Shown here piece by piece: positions 37,301 to 50,631 of a stretch of 64,000 nucleotides of DNA. Position 1 is the stretch's first letter; each line of letters opens with the position of its first letter. The stretch covers positions 1-64,000 of the forward strand of contig LWCA01000016.1 in NCBI GenBank assembly GCA_001642005.1, given 5' to 3'. The DNA comes from Intoshia linei. Lineage: Eukaryota > Animalia > Orthonectida. Under the pieces are notes generated by a model. That model saw only the letters and a program-made list of their open reading frames with translations, searched no databases and had not been told where the DNA came from. The position numbers and the translations under genes were made by a program.

Positions 37301-39154
37301 ATACAATATATTTATTATAGTAATAGGATTGTGACAAATATTTTAGACGAGGGGTAGGCAACTAGTGGCCCACGGTCCAAAAGTGGTCCACAGAATAGTT
37401 TTAGTAGCCCTTTGAGTAAATATGTAAATTATTTATTTTTCTACCATAATTGGCTCATTCATTTATCACATGTTCATTTTAGCTCTATTTACTAGAACAG
37501 TTTCTCCTCAGTTAAAATTGAAATTTATTATGTTAGAAAATTTCAAAAACGGAGCCCGTAGAATTTTTTGATAAAAAAAGTGGCTACGAGACGCAAACGT
37601 TTGCCGGACTCCGGATTTTAAATTAACTAATTGAATTTTGTTGACGTGGAATATTTCATAATGTATATTTAAAAATTTATAATATTCTACAATAATAGAT
37701 CAAAATTCTTCTGAAATGCATGTGAATCCTGCGTTTTTTCAACAGAAACAGGATGGTCATAAAGATCGGTACAAGGAGGATAAATACGAAAAGTCGAGAG
37801 ATCGTTATTCCTCACATCACAGTCGAAAAACCAACAGGTACAATGATTTGAATGATGGAGACGATGCAAGTATAAATCGATTGAAAGACTTGGTAGATAA
37901 TGCTGTTGGTACGGCTTATGACATTGCAAAGCGTGGTGAGTTTTATAATTTAAATTTATACACTCTAAATAAGCTAGTTCAAGATGCGACCTTTTACCAG
38001 AGCTGAACCTCCGTATTCGGAGATAAATTTAATTAAAATATCAAGTGAATACCGTTGGTGATGTGACTAGATACATGAGACTTCGCATTATTTGTTAACA
38101 TTTTTAGGGCTATTTTTTATTTTCGGGTGGCATCGAGTTTGGTAGGTTCGGCTGTGCCTGTTAGTCTAAAGTTTATGGCCTGCCAAAAATTATAATGTAA
38201 AAGAGGATCCTTATAAATTTTTTAATATTTTGAGTCAAAATTTAATTTTTAAGCAAAATAATAATATTTTATTAAAGCTAAAGCGTTTGGTACTATAAGA
38301 AAGTTTGACGTACTCCAGCGTTTCACAAATACCGGTCTGTGAACCAGTATTGGTCGGTGAAAATGTTTTACTAATTAGAAGTTATTAATCAATTTATTAC
38401 GTTTTTTATCAAATTTTTTTTAATGTTGCCTAGTAATTTCACTATAATGGTCCGCGATAAATTTTATAATTTATACCGGTCGCCGTTAAAAAAATGTGGA
38501 AACCCTGGCGTACGCTATGGATTTTTTTGAAAGCTGTATGCAACTGTATTTTTAATTTTTGGTGTCTTGTGAAAATTCCCATTTCTTCGGATAACCCTGA
38601 TATAAATACTTTGCAATTGTTAATTGTTAATTTAGGAAAAGCAGCAGATGCTCTTGATCATATTGTCCAAGCTTTAGGAACTCTTAGATCATCAAACCAT
38701 TCTTCTTCACGTAATACTGTCAGAAATCTTATTGAACAATTACAAGACGTGTATAGTTCCATTGAATCATCCAGTAAACGTAGAAGGTATATAAACAATT
38801 TATAAAATTTAAAACAACATAATTACAAGTGGAACTATTTACTCAAGTGTTTCTCAACCGTTTTATTCTGGCGCAATTTAAATTTTTAAAAAACATGCGG
38901 CTTCTTATTTGTTGGTTCCATTGGTACAAACTGTTGGTGTCCTAATCGGGCGGACCCGATTGGGAAACACTGATTTATGACTTTCATTGACATGACATTT
39001 ATTAAAATAATTTAGAAGCAGATCCAGAACTCAAGGTAGTGATTCCCGACACAGAAGAAGAAGACGTCGAAGTAGCGAAGATGAATATGATCGGTATGAT
39101 AGATACAGACGATCATCATCTAGGCACTCTTCAAATTATCGATCTCGACGATAA
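31335..39154 (+). CDS. CPSF6: Cleavage and polyadenylation factor Im large subunit (CPSF6/CFIm68)
   Basis: MTDLVDSLDLYGD; RRM YIGNLSW|WTTDDD...IKFYENRVNGQSKG|YV; HVNPAFF; helical region ending LQDVYSSIESSSKRR; RS-rich tail ending SNYRSRR* at 39154. Confidence 0.92.
32060..32700 (+). pseudogene. hAT (GTF2IRD2/SPIN-Buster-like) transposase C-terminal relic in a CPSF6 intron
   Basis: AWLFDFGFIVDITRSVNILNKSL*GK...AFVEKLKLF...QFEGRFTD...FQLESIDLQ...LFGSTYRCEQLLS, with stops. Confidence 0.8.
33261..33614. mobile_element. Buster-like hAT MITE inserted in the minisatellite
   Basis: TIRs TAATGGTTCCCAATT ... AATTGGGAACCAATG; TSD CCTTAAGG / TCTTAAGG. The interior matches ~19050-19245. Confidence 0.75.
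35399..36471 (-). pseudogene. Buster/ZBED5-FAM200-type hAT transposase relic
   Basis: Minus-strand FVRYFLNEIKIEFSFC...NVCGFCTDGAPAMLRSK at ~36240-36420. Boundaries are approximate. Confidence 0.65.
38316..38507 (-). mobile_element. hAT MITE family A, copy 3 (inverted)
   Basis: Reverse complement of 11779-11965. Flanks ACGTACTC / GCGTACGC form a degenerate nnnTAnnn TSD. Confidence 0.75.
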
Positions 39155-39196
39155 TTTATAAATGTAATCTGTTTTGTAGAAATAAATTTTTGTAAT

Positions 39197-42100
39197 TTAT
39201 TCTTGACAACAATAATATTTTTCACATTCACCAGTTTGGCATTTAAGTATACATGGGATTTTGGGTTTATTTCCAGACTAAACAGAATTACATTTAATAG
39301 ATAGAATAAATACAAATTTTACATACTTGAATAAATTCAGGTTGAACGGTGGTATTATGAATTCCATTGTCATGAAATAATTCTTTGACCATTTTCGCTA
39401 TAATCATGTAGCTATCCACGTTTTTGCAGCTTATATGTATAGATGCAATGACTGAATTACATGTCAGTTGCCATACATGAAATTCGTGTATTGCTTTTAT
39501 ACCAGGTATCTTAATATTTCATGTTAATACATATAATTATAATATTACATTTTCGAGTAATTGTTTTAATCGATCGATATTCATATTGACTGGTGCAGTT
39601 TGCATTAAAATTAATGAAGCACGTTTGAAAAGAGGTATAGTTCCACATAAAATAATGGTAACGAGGAGTAGACTAATGATTGGGTCAACAAATTGTGCCC
39701 AATCGGATTTTACATATTTTATAATTAAAACGCTTATTATGACAACAATTGATCCTAACGTATCACCGGCGATATGCAGAGCGACTCCTTGCATATTTAA
39801 ATTATCACTTACTAAATTTCAATTTTATTTTATAGAGTTATGTGTTACAACAGGATATAAATATTCTAAATAATACAAATTGTTTCTTTTGTTTTTTTTT
39901 TTGGTCCTATAATATAAAATAAAATATAGGAACCTCGACAATGTTAATTTAATTAAATCTAAAGTAAAAGGTGCTGATAAAAGCATTATAGGTAATAAAT
40001 TATAAACAATTATTATTATAATATATTAATTTTAGTAATAATTACATTTTTCTGATGAGTGGATTCATAAGCACTGCAATTATTTTTAGTTTCAATTAAA
40101 CTGTAGTATTCGGCATCAGATGGTTTATGGTTATGTGAGTGATCGTGCCCATGATCTATAATTTAAAGCTGATGAAATTTGTAATATTATTTTTATTCAG
40201 AGGTGGGCACAGTTTTTTAAAAGCTAAAACTGATTTTTGGACATATTTATTTAGAATTAGTTGTTAATTATACTATTTGAGATTTCTCAAATATAATGAT
40301 AGTTTTGATTAAACAAAATATGCCATGACATTAATTAATATATTATCTATGTATGATACTGCATATAATACATATTCAGCGTTTCTAATTGTGTTTCAGC
40401 TGGCTTTGAAAACCACATTATTAGAAACTGTAATTTTATGACTATTTACTATTTAGGATTAAATTAGGAAACCCACATCTCACTATACTTCAAAATACAT
40501 CGTAAATAGTACAATAAACATTGATTAATAATGCTCAGTTATGTTATTTTTACTCATCATCATGGACGCTGGATCATTAAGCAACAATGATAATTTGATG
40601 GAAGAGACTTTTTCCATTTCCATTTTATAATTTCCATTTTATAAACAATATTTTTAATTTTCACCTTTGTACAAAATTAGAATAAATATAACAAAATGCA
40701 CAATATAGTACTAAAAATGTTAATATATAAATTACAATCTCCAATAATACAAAGTCCCAATATATTTATAGCTAAACCAATCGAAGCAACAATTAATAAT
40801 AAATTGACGTTTTTATCTTCAATTAAAAGTTTGATATTGGATGCATCATTTTTGTCTAATGTTGCGAGTAGTGTAATTTTTTGTATTGCTTCCGTAACAA
40901 TTATAAAGCATAAAGCCCCCATGTATACTGAATTAACTAGGGCTCCTAAAATGCATTTAATTTAAACTCTTATCAAATATATGTGTCAGTAAATTAAAAT
41001 TAAAACCACAAAAATAAAATGTTCATCGTGCAATAGGGCTATTCTACTTTTCTAATATAAAAATGATATTTATAGAATATGAGCGCCGCTTAATTTGCTG
41101 CAGAATGATATTAAAATATTTAATTTTTATCCAAAAAAACCCCCGAGTCTTAAAGTTTTCATTTTATGTTTTTTCAATTAGTTTATTGAAAATTTTAATA
41201 ATCCGTTGTTGTGTTGATAAATTTAAATACCAATTTTCAATTTATCTGAATTTATAAAACTTTTAAAAATGTCGAATATTGAAATGATTTCATCATTCGA
41301 AAGTTTACAATAAATTTCCGAAATAATTTCGTATTTTGTTGAATCAAACGGTATAATAATGACCATTGAACCTTGTCAAAGATCATTTTCGACATTAATT
41401 AATGTTAGTAAATTAACTATTAAAATTGAAAATATACTTTCAAAAACTATAAACAAATGTAATTCATATTTGTTTGTTAAATTCAATTTAATTTAAATTC
41501 TTACCAATTTTCTATGTACAAATGTACTTGTGTAAAAAATAGTTAAGAAATATAGATAGTATCTACGGTAATAAAATATTCACAAAAGTGATGAATTAAA
41601 TTTTATTATTTTTTAATCCGTTTTACTCTTAATACTATAAACTTGACAAAATTATTTTTTTACAATGGTATTTAAAAAATATTTGAGTAGTAGCATTTAA
41701 AACATTTTGACCCAGTTCATATAAATTCATGTCTTTTTTTGAAATTATATAATTTTTTTAAAAATGACGAAAAGTTTGTCCGTGAACCGTGTCTAAAATA
41801 AACGATTTTTATTGATTTTTTTTAATTAATATGATAAGTGTCACATGATCTATGTTATATTTTAGAATTATAACAAATGCATGACAATTACGGGGAAAAA
41901 AATGTTGCCATATTTTTTTACTATGAAAAATGTTAGGAAAACAGAAAAAGGTAAAGACGCGGGGTGCTTAATTTTCTTTGTTACAAAAATAAAAAAATTA
42001 TATCATTCTGCAGCAAATTAAATGAAGATTATTATCTATATATGTCTTTTTTAAATTTCAAAAAAAATTATACAAAGTCCAAATTAGAATAGCTAATAGC

Positions 42101-42698
42101 AAATTCTTTGTAATTTTAATAATAAAAAAAAAATGTAATGATCCTAATCTCTAAAATTAAAATTAGAAACAATTAATTATAATTTTTTTGTAACCATCGA
42201 TTTTCAAATTTAATTTAAATTTAAATTTACTATATTTGTATTTTTATATTATTTTAATCAAACTTTTTCAAAATAAATAAAATTACAAACAATTTGCTAT
42301 TTCTTAATTGTAAAATGTACATGTACATAATTAAATTAATATAATAATTACCAACAATTTCGGCTCTAACCCAACCGAATCTAAATTAGTGGAAAAAAAA
42401 TTTAAAATAAAATACGTATTTTGTCGACTTTGGCGAGTTGAAATCTAAAACATAATATAACTGTAAGAAAACTAAATGTAATACATGTAAATGTAATCAC
42501 AACGTAAATAAAGAAAATTACTTGTAGAGCAATTATTCCTATAATTAAAGACATGATATCAGAAAGCATATGATATGCATCAGACACTAATGCTAACGAA
42601 TTTGTCTTTTGACCGACAACTAGTTCAGTCAAAAAAAAGGAAAATGTTAATATTAAAATAACTATCAATTTAATAGTATCCTTTTTAATTTTCAACAT
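39197..42698 (-). CDS. SLC30A1: Zinc transporter ZnT1/SLC30A1-like, paralog A
   Basis: ELVVGQKTNSLALVSDAYHMLSD; micro-exons giving NTFGWVRAEIVG; His loop HGHDHSHNH; LNMQGVALHIAGDTLGS; HEFHVWQL...FHDNGIHNTTVQPEF; Cys tail PCILKCQTGECEKYYCCQE*. Confidence 0.9.
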
Positions 42699-42923
42699 GT
42701 AAACATTCAAAAAAAAAAGCAAAATTATTTACTACTACAATTCATTATTGTAACAAGATAAAATAATTATAGTAAAATAGTAAGACAAGTAAAAATTGTT
42801 AACATTGTACAATTGTATATAATAAATAATAAAAATAGAATTTATTGTTGCATTTTATATAACTATATCACATTCAAATGTAATTAAATATATTATATAT
42901 TTCTGATGTTTGTCTACATTGTA

Positions 42924-45900
42924 CTACTTTTTTTCCAAAGTATTTGTTGGTTTTGTTTTTAGTTCTGACTTGGTTTCTTTACAACAATAGAATTCGTCAC
43001 AGTGCTGAGTATCACAAGCTAGCAGACAAGGGGATAATGATTCTCGTTCACTTTGTGTTGTATCATTTTCAGACTATATTTTTATTGTTATTATAAAAAC
43101 CACCAAAAAATTACTTCCATAAATTCTGGTTGAACTGTTATACTGTGAATTCCATTATCATGGAAAAAATCCTTCACCAATTTGGCAATCATCATGTATT
43201 GTTGAATTGTTCGGACTCTTATGTGAATAGAAGCAATTATGCGTTTTCCAGCCAACTGCCAAACGTGGAATTCGTGAACGGCCGATATTCCTTGGATCTG
43301 AAAAGATTAAGTCGTTTCAATATACTATAGTAGTTAAATAATTTTTTTTGCAAAGTTAAATTGTTCCAAATTAATCCTACCCTAAGAACAGTAAGTTTTT
43401 CTCGATGCAATTTAAAACAGTACTAAATAGTAGAGTTCTGTAACACATGATACGATTCAAAGCACGATTCAATATGTATCAAAAGTTCGTGCTTCGAGTT
43501 GTAAAGTAGGACTCTACTAACTGTATGTGGCAGATTCACTGGTGAATAACATTTCAATGATTTAAATCCCCTAATAGATTGACAAACTTTGACTTGTTAA
43601 CCTTTTTAAAGTTGCTGGAAAACGTTTACCCACAATAAAACTATTCGTTTGTCTCACACTGTTTTATATTAAAAATAATTACATTTCTAAGTAATTTATT
43701 CTCTAAAGCTTTAATGTTGATATTGCTAGGTACAGTTTGTAACAAGATGAGAGCAGATTTTTTGAATAAAGGTAGAAGGCTTGCGATTATTATACAGACA
43801 AGTAGAAGGCTAATAAAAAATTAAAAAAATAAAGCACGCAATAAACATATTAAATTATCATAAAACATGTATTACAATAAATGTATAACATTTAATTTAC
43901 ACTAATAAATCAAACCTTAATATTGGATCGATAAATTGAGTCCAATCACCTTCAACATATTTCATTATTAAAATGCTGATTATTACGACAATTGATCCCA
44001 ATGCATCACCCATAACATGCAAAATTACTCCTTTCATATTTAAATTATCCGCGGCTAAAAATAAATATAAGAAAAATAAATTAAATCAGTAATCAAAAAA
44101 TCAATTATACCCAACAAAAAATACACACAAATTTAGTACAAAAAAAATGAATAAATAATAAGTTGGCAAGTTCTTTAGTGCATTCCATTATTCTCATATT
44201 TTTTCAATAAAATTTAGTCATTATAATACAATTAAAACATATACTATATAGTATGTTTTCCAATAGTCTAGCACTCGTTGGAAAAATCAGAAAGAGTGAA
44301 AAAAATTTAAATTCATCTTTTCATATTTTGAACCAGGGATTCTCGACCTTTTCTATTAACATTTTTGATTAACTGCTCAACTTTTTCCGATCCTGCACTT
44401 AATTTTTAAAATTTGTTACATCCTTAACCAACATACTCTTTTTATGTACATTTAATTTAATCTATAAATATTAAAAAAAATTCAGCCAGAGTAATAGTAA
44501 CTGATATTGTTAAGTGACGGAGATTAACTGGAAATAAAAAACGTGTGCCAAAATAAATTATTTATAAATTATTATTGGTATTACAGAAACATGTGAAAAA
44601 TTTTTTAAAACCACTGGCATGTTTTTGTTTAGTGTTTTTATTCATTTCAATAATTTCACAACAATTATCAATTGATTTTGGAACAATATCATCTGTACTT
44701 ATAGATGTATTGGAATTTTCCATGTCTGTTTTTAATTCAAATAATTCTCGTGTGGTATAGTTTTCATTTTTAATTTCATTTGATGATTTAATAGATTTTT
44801 CATGGCTATGTGCATGGTCATGGCCATGGTCGTCTTCATGGCTGTGACCATGTGAATCTAAATAAACTGTGTAATTCGTGTATGATTTATGTTTTATAAC
44901 AGTGTTTACAAAATTGATAATTTACAAAGTTCATCAAGGACCAAGTATGGGCATCAAAAGTGGCATATATGAACTAGAGCCTGACACGCTGAGAGTAGCC
45001 GATAAAATATTTTTTAATATTAATAATACGGTCTAAAATTGTCAGTCTGAAAACAGGATCCGTAGTTCGAAATTCGAATGCCGAATGCAAATTTCAGAAA
45101 GTGTTTCATCACAAACATAACCAAATTGTAATATGTTTTTCTATGACATGCATTCAATAAGTCTTTAACTAAATTTAATCCGACCGAGAACACGAAAATT
45201 CAAAACGTGACAAAAGAGAAAAGAAAGAAACGTGCTTCGAAACGTGTTGCAGACTCCAATCAGTGGCGGATCTAGGATTTTCAACCAGGGGGCGAAATAA
45301 TTATTAGGGTTGAACTCATATAATGTATTTAAATTTAAATTTTTATATTATGTTCATTAATATATTTCTTCATTTTTAAAAAGTTTAATTTAAATTAATT
45401 TAATTTAGAATTTAAAAAAGCATTCTAATACAATTATTAAATAATTTTTAATCTCCAAGAATGTATAGTTTACATCAGACATTTCAACACTTTTTCGCTG
45501 TGGACGCCTACGATGATCCTGCTCTAAAGCATGGTTTCTTAACCTTTTTTAAATATAGCACCCCGTTAGCCAGATCAATTATTTGCAACACCCCTGTAAA
45601 AAATAAAAAACGATACTTTCAAATTCAAAGTAAAAATCCTATTTTATTGTCATTTTTAAAAACCACCCTATTAATATCCAACATAATCAATAACCACATC
45701 AATACATGGTAAAAATGAAGAAGCTGAATTTGATAAGATTTAAATTCACTTCAAATTTAAATATTTCACTTATTTCATCGATAAAGTAAAACTAGTTTTT
45801 CTAGCACCAGGTTAAGAAACTTTACTCTAAAGAGTTGCTTTTGACATAAAAATTGTTTTACACATGCAGGATACAAAAACTTAGAAATTTACCATAATCG

Positions 45901-47913
45901 CGGAGAAATCTTTTAAAAATTGTTTTAATATTTAAATATAATTTCAGTAAAAATCTCAGTTCAATACCAAATGCTGCAAATAGCAACCCTTACACTGCTA
46001 TAAAACTAAAAAATATTATAATAATAATATAAATATATAATATATACATTATATATATATTATTATTGTATTAATATTTATAATTAATATTAAATATTTA
46101 TTTGGGTAAAAAAATAATTACGTCCTCCAAGCACAATCAAGCCAACAACATTGATGGCTAATCCTACTCCACCAACTATTAATAGTAAATTAAAATTCTT
46201 TTTATCAATTAAATAATGATTATCCATCTTGACGTCATCCTCTGACATGGTTGCAATTGTAGTAATTTTTTGGATTGATTCTATAACAATGGTAAAACAA
46301 AGTGCAGCCAGATAAACTGCATTTACTAGGGCTCCTAAAAAGAGCATAATAAAAACAAAAACTAAGTACGGATGCTAAAGATGTATAAATAACTTTCAAA
46401 TAACTTGTAACGCAGAGGTGACCAGTGGCCACTCTATATCGAGTATTAGCCACATTATACATATTTTATTTCAGCGCGGACCTTATTAAAAAAACTTTTT
46501 TTTATATTTTATAACTCACTAGGTTGACTGTTATGTACTACGTACAAACAACACCTAACTCTGCCGAGAGCACATTTTTATTCTACAAACAAATAAATTA
46601 AAAAATATATAAAGGGTTATTTGGGGTTTTGCACTGAAGATATTTATTTTTTTAAAATTTAAATTTATGATAATATTTATGATTTTAAAATCCACATAAG
46701 AAAATATATTTTCTTTAATTCTCCAACTCGTTTGATTTTGAAAAAAAAAAACAATTGGGCTTTTTGACACGTAAGATGTAATTTATTTTGCTAACACTCC
46801 GGAAAAAACTGTAATTGAAATGTAATTTTATATGGACTTTATAAAAGTCTAAGACTGATAGTTATTGAAATAAACGGTAACACACACACAAACAAATATT
46901 GCAAAGCATATTATATAAGTAAGGATATTTTATTTATAGCCTGCCAAAAATTTTGTATACAATTTTACCAAGTTAGTTACAATAAAACCTAATTAAGAAA
47001 AAATGCTGATTAATAACTGATAGATTCCCAATCTCAAAATATAGAATTAAAAAATTTACATCGATGTTTCTACTCATTTTGTTTTTTTATATTTTTTCAA
47101 TCCCCTTGAAACAATTTTCGGGTACGTGCAAAATTAAGTATTTAAGAATTTACAAAATTAAAATAATTCTATAATTATAGAATTTAAATATACTTTGGTA
47201 AAATCGTTTTTTACAAAAAAATATTGGAAAAGAATAGTTTTTCCATTACGGGTTGGTAAAATTAGATTTGGAAGTTGTTGCTGTTATCATTTTTTTATTA
47301 TAGGATATTTACAAAGTCGACATTTAAAAAATTAACAGAACTAGAATTTAAAAAACCCAACTTCTAACAGTTTTTCGCAACGGATATTTTATCCATGTTT
47401 AATTTTCCGAAATTGACTCCTTCAGATACATATAAGATATATTGAAACAAAAACATAAAATTTCTTGTATTCATTCATATATTCAATATCAATGTATCCA
47501 TTCCACACCCCCGCGTTTATATAATAACATTGTATACATTTTTAAACCATAATTTAAATAAAAAGTTGAAAATACCCAAAACTTCAGCGCGAGCCCATCC
47601 GAAACTAAATATTATAAACTATAAATTAAACTATTGTATAATATTACGTATTTCTTTTGCTCCGTCTCTTGGACCACTAAAAGTTTAAAAAATTAACAGC
47701 CTCGTAAATTGAAAATAAAATTACTCTCAAAGAAACAAGTCCTATAACTAGAGCAATTAAATCGGAAAGCATATGGTAGGCGTCAGAGACCAAAGCTAAA
47801 GAATTAGTTTTCTGTCCAACGACCAATTCAATGACAAAAAATAAGCTTGTCAAGAACAACATGATGGATAGTCGCACAGTATTCGTTTTCAATTTATGTT
47901 TGATAGAGTCCAT
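42924..47913 (-). CDS. SLC30A1: Zinc transporter ZnT1/SLC30A1-like, paralog B
   Basis: ELVVGQKTNSLALVSDAYHMLSD; NTFGWARAEVLG; HGHSHEDDHGHDHAHSH; LNMKGVILHVMGDALGS; HEFHVWQLAG...FHDNGIHSITVQPEF; PCLLACDTQHCDEFYCCK. Stop TAG at 42924. Confidence 0.92.
45530..45824. mobile_element. Buster-like hAT MITE
   Basis: CATGGTTTCTTAACC ... GGTTAAGAAAC with a perfect 8-bp TSD CTCTAAAG (nnnTAnnn). Same family as 21213-22044. Confidence 0.8.
46519..46925 (-). mobile_element. Complete short non-autonomous Helitron
   Basis: Minus strand reads A|TCCTTACTTATATAATATGC...(TG)n... then hairpin TGTTTGTAC-GTA-GTACATAACA, then TCAACCTAG|T. It has a 5' TC, a 3' CTAG, an AT target and no TSD. Confidence 0.8.
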
Positions 47914-50092
47914 CAAACTTCTATAATATAATATAACGATGACTGTAGTTTTATTGATTATATGTAAAATATATAATATAAAGATTAAACGTTATGTAAC
48001 AAATATTTAAATAAATCGGTGGCACATTTATTTTCGTAAATGGAACACTGAAATATTTCTATAAAAAGGTTTTGCGTTATTTAATTTAAACGTGTGCATT
48101 AAGACATGAATATTATAATTTGATATTTATTTATTTGCACAAACTGCAACAGATACATGTATCTGGTGATATATTATTGTACGATTTTTATCAATTTCGT
48201 CTACATGTATTTTGTATTGGTAGGATCTAGGTCAATTTATCAACATTTGTATTTCAGGTTATAACTGTATTTGTTTTTCATTTGATATTGGAATCAATTG
48301 AGTTTACCAATTTCAAATTAAAGTATTGTTTTACAATGAATTATACACGTACAATTTAGTTATCCTTTATTTATATTAAATTAAATGGCGTGTGTTACCG
48401 TTTATTTAAAAAATTAAAATATAAATTTGAATGTTAATACAAAATATTTAAAATCTGATTTAAACAACTGAAATTAATGAATTATTATTGTATTTAAAAA
48501 TGAGAAAATCGTAATATTAATAATTTTAGTAAATCAGTAAATAGAATAGAATATAAAGACAATTTTTTGTAAACGTAATATACATATTCCCCTTTTTTAA
48601 ATAAATGTATTATCCATCTGCCTTATTAATAATAATAAGTTATTAAACATTAAAGTTTTCTTTAAATATTTATAATCATTTTCAATTTAAATGTGATTTA
48701 AAACTTATGTACATTGTACATTAGAGCTACTCCATCCTTCTAATATAAATGATTTATTAATTGATTTTTTTTAATTAGTATGATTGGTGTCACATGATCT
48801 ATGTTATATCTTAAAATTATAACAAATGCATGGCAACAACGGGGAAGAAATGTTAGGAAAACAGAAAAAGGTAAAGACGTCTATTATCCTAAATTTTTTA
48901 CGTTTTATACATGGCGATGCATCGCTGAGTTTTTACATTTATTTCATTAAAATTTTATTAAAATTGAAGCAGACATAATTTTATTTTTCCAATCAAAATA
49001 AAATACCCTTAAAAAAGACTTGAAAAAACACGCTTTAAAATACTTAATTGTTATTTAATTTTTTCAAAACTATAAAAATTTATATAAATTTAATTACAGT
49101 ACATATAAAGTTATTTATATTAAAAAACATACAATTACACTTTCATTATAATTTAAAAAATTATAAATAAAATTTTAACAATTGTTAAACGTGGTACCGA
49201 CTTTATAATATTGTTCTCTATGTTTAGTTATACAGTTTATTTTTTTAAATTTGTTTCTAGCTCAATTTTTTTGGATTTTATCAACGATTTAATTTCTCGA
49301 ATTCTGGCAATTTACATTATATCAATTGTATTCAATGCATATAATTTAGCAAAAATCCAAAAAATTCTAACACCCTAATAGGCATATTAAAGATTTATAA
49401 AAGTAATTAATTTATTATACGTCTATCTTATTTACATATTTACATGTTAATCTATTGATATCAATTAATGAAGTGTTAAATTTACCTTTTTCGACGATTG
49501 ATCATTTTTTAAAATTATTTAAATATGAAATGTGTATGATTTTAAAATATAATTTGAAAAGTTAAAATTGTACATTATTTTGAAATATATTTAGTTTTGT
49601 TTATTTTAAACTTTGTTTTTAATTTGAAATTTAATGTCAATTATCAATATTTATAAAGATACTATGGTTTTAAAATTAATCAATATGTTGCGATTGTTTT
49701 AAAATACTATGAATAATTAATATTATTTTTAATTATTGTAACGATTGGCTGAGTTGAACTCAGATAAGTTCATTTTAATTAAAAAGATGTCCAAATTGTG
49801 ATTCAAACTATAGCCACGTAAAATACAATTACAATTAGTACAAGACTAGTATACTTAGACTAAATATGTAATAGTCATTGATTATAACCACTTTGTCAGT
49901 TAGACATTAACTAATGATAATCATAATCAAAATCAAAATCATAATCAACATAATTATTTGAATAACTATCAAGATCAAAATAGGTCTCTGCAATTTTTTC
50001 AATTAAATTTAGATGACTAGAGTTAGCAAACAAATTCTCATATTGTATATGATACATTTCGAAATCATCAAATTTCTTATGTTTCCTTGAAA

Positions 50093-50485
50093 TTCTATAT
50101 ATATTATATATTACAAAATTAAAACTGAACTTTATTTTAACGGAAATTGGCGTTTGAGCTTTTAAACGTGGTACCGACTTTATAATATTGTTATACATGT
50201 TAAGTTATACTGTTTATTTTTTAAAATTTGTTTCTAACTCAATTTTTTTAGATTTTATTTTTTGTTTGAATACAATTTAAATAATGTAAATAGCCAGAAT
50301 TCGAGAAATTCAATCGTTAATAAAATCCAAAAAATTTGAGCTAGAAACAAATTTTAAAAAATAAACAGTATAACTTAACATGTATAACAATATTATAAAG
50401 TCGGTACCACGTTTAAAAGCTCAAACGCCAATTTCCGTTAAAATAAAGTTCAGTTTTAATTTTGTAATATATAATATATATAGAA
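50093..50485. mobile_element. Foldback/MITE: ~165-bp near-perfect inverted arms with a ~60-bp spacer
   Basis: 50093-50259 is the reverse complement of 50319-50485. A partial third copy lies at ~49184-49320 and a diverged one at ~58405-58480. Confidence 0.8.
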
Positions 50486-50631
50486 AACTTTAAATAATCA
50501 GGCTAACTTCAATATTCCTTGAAATGCATTAATATTTTGGAAATATCGTTTTTTTTATACTTGATCACTATTATACCTAAGGATGTTCAAAAATATAATT
50601 TTTCATTTTTTTTGAGATGTACAATTTACAT

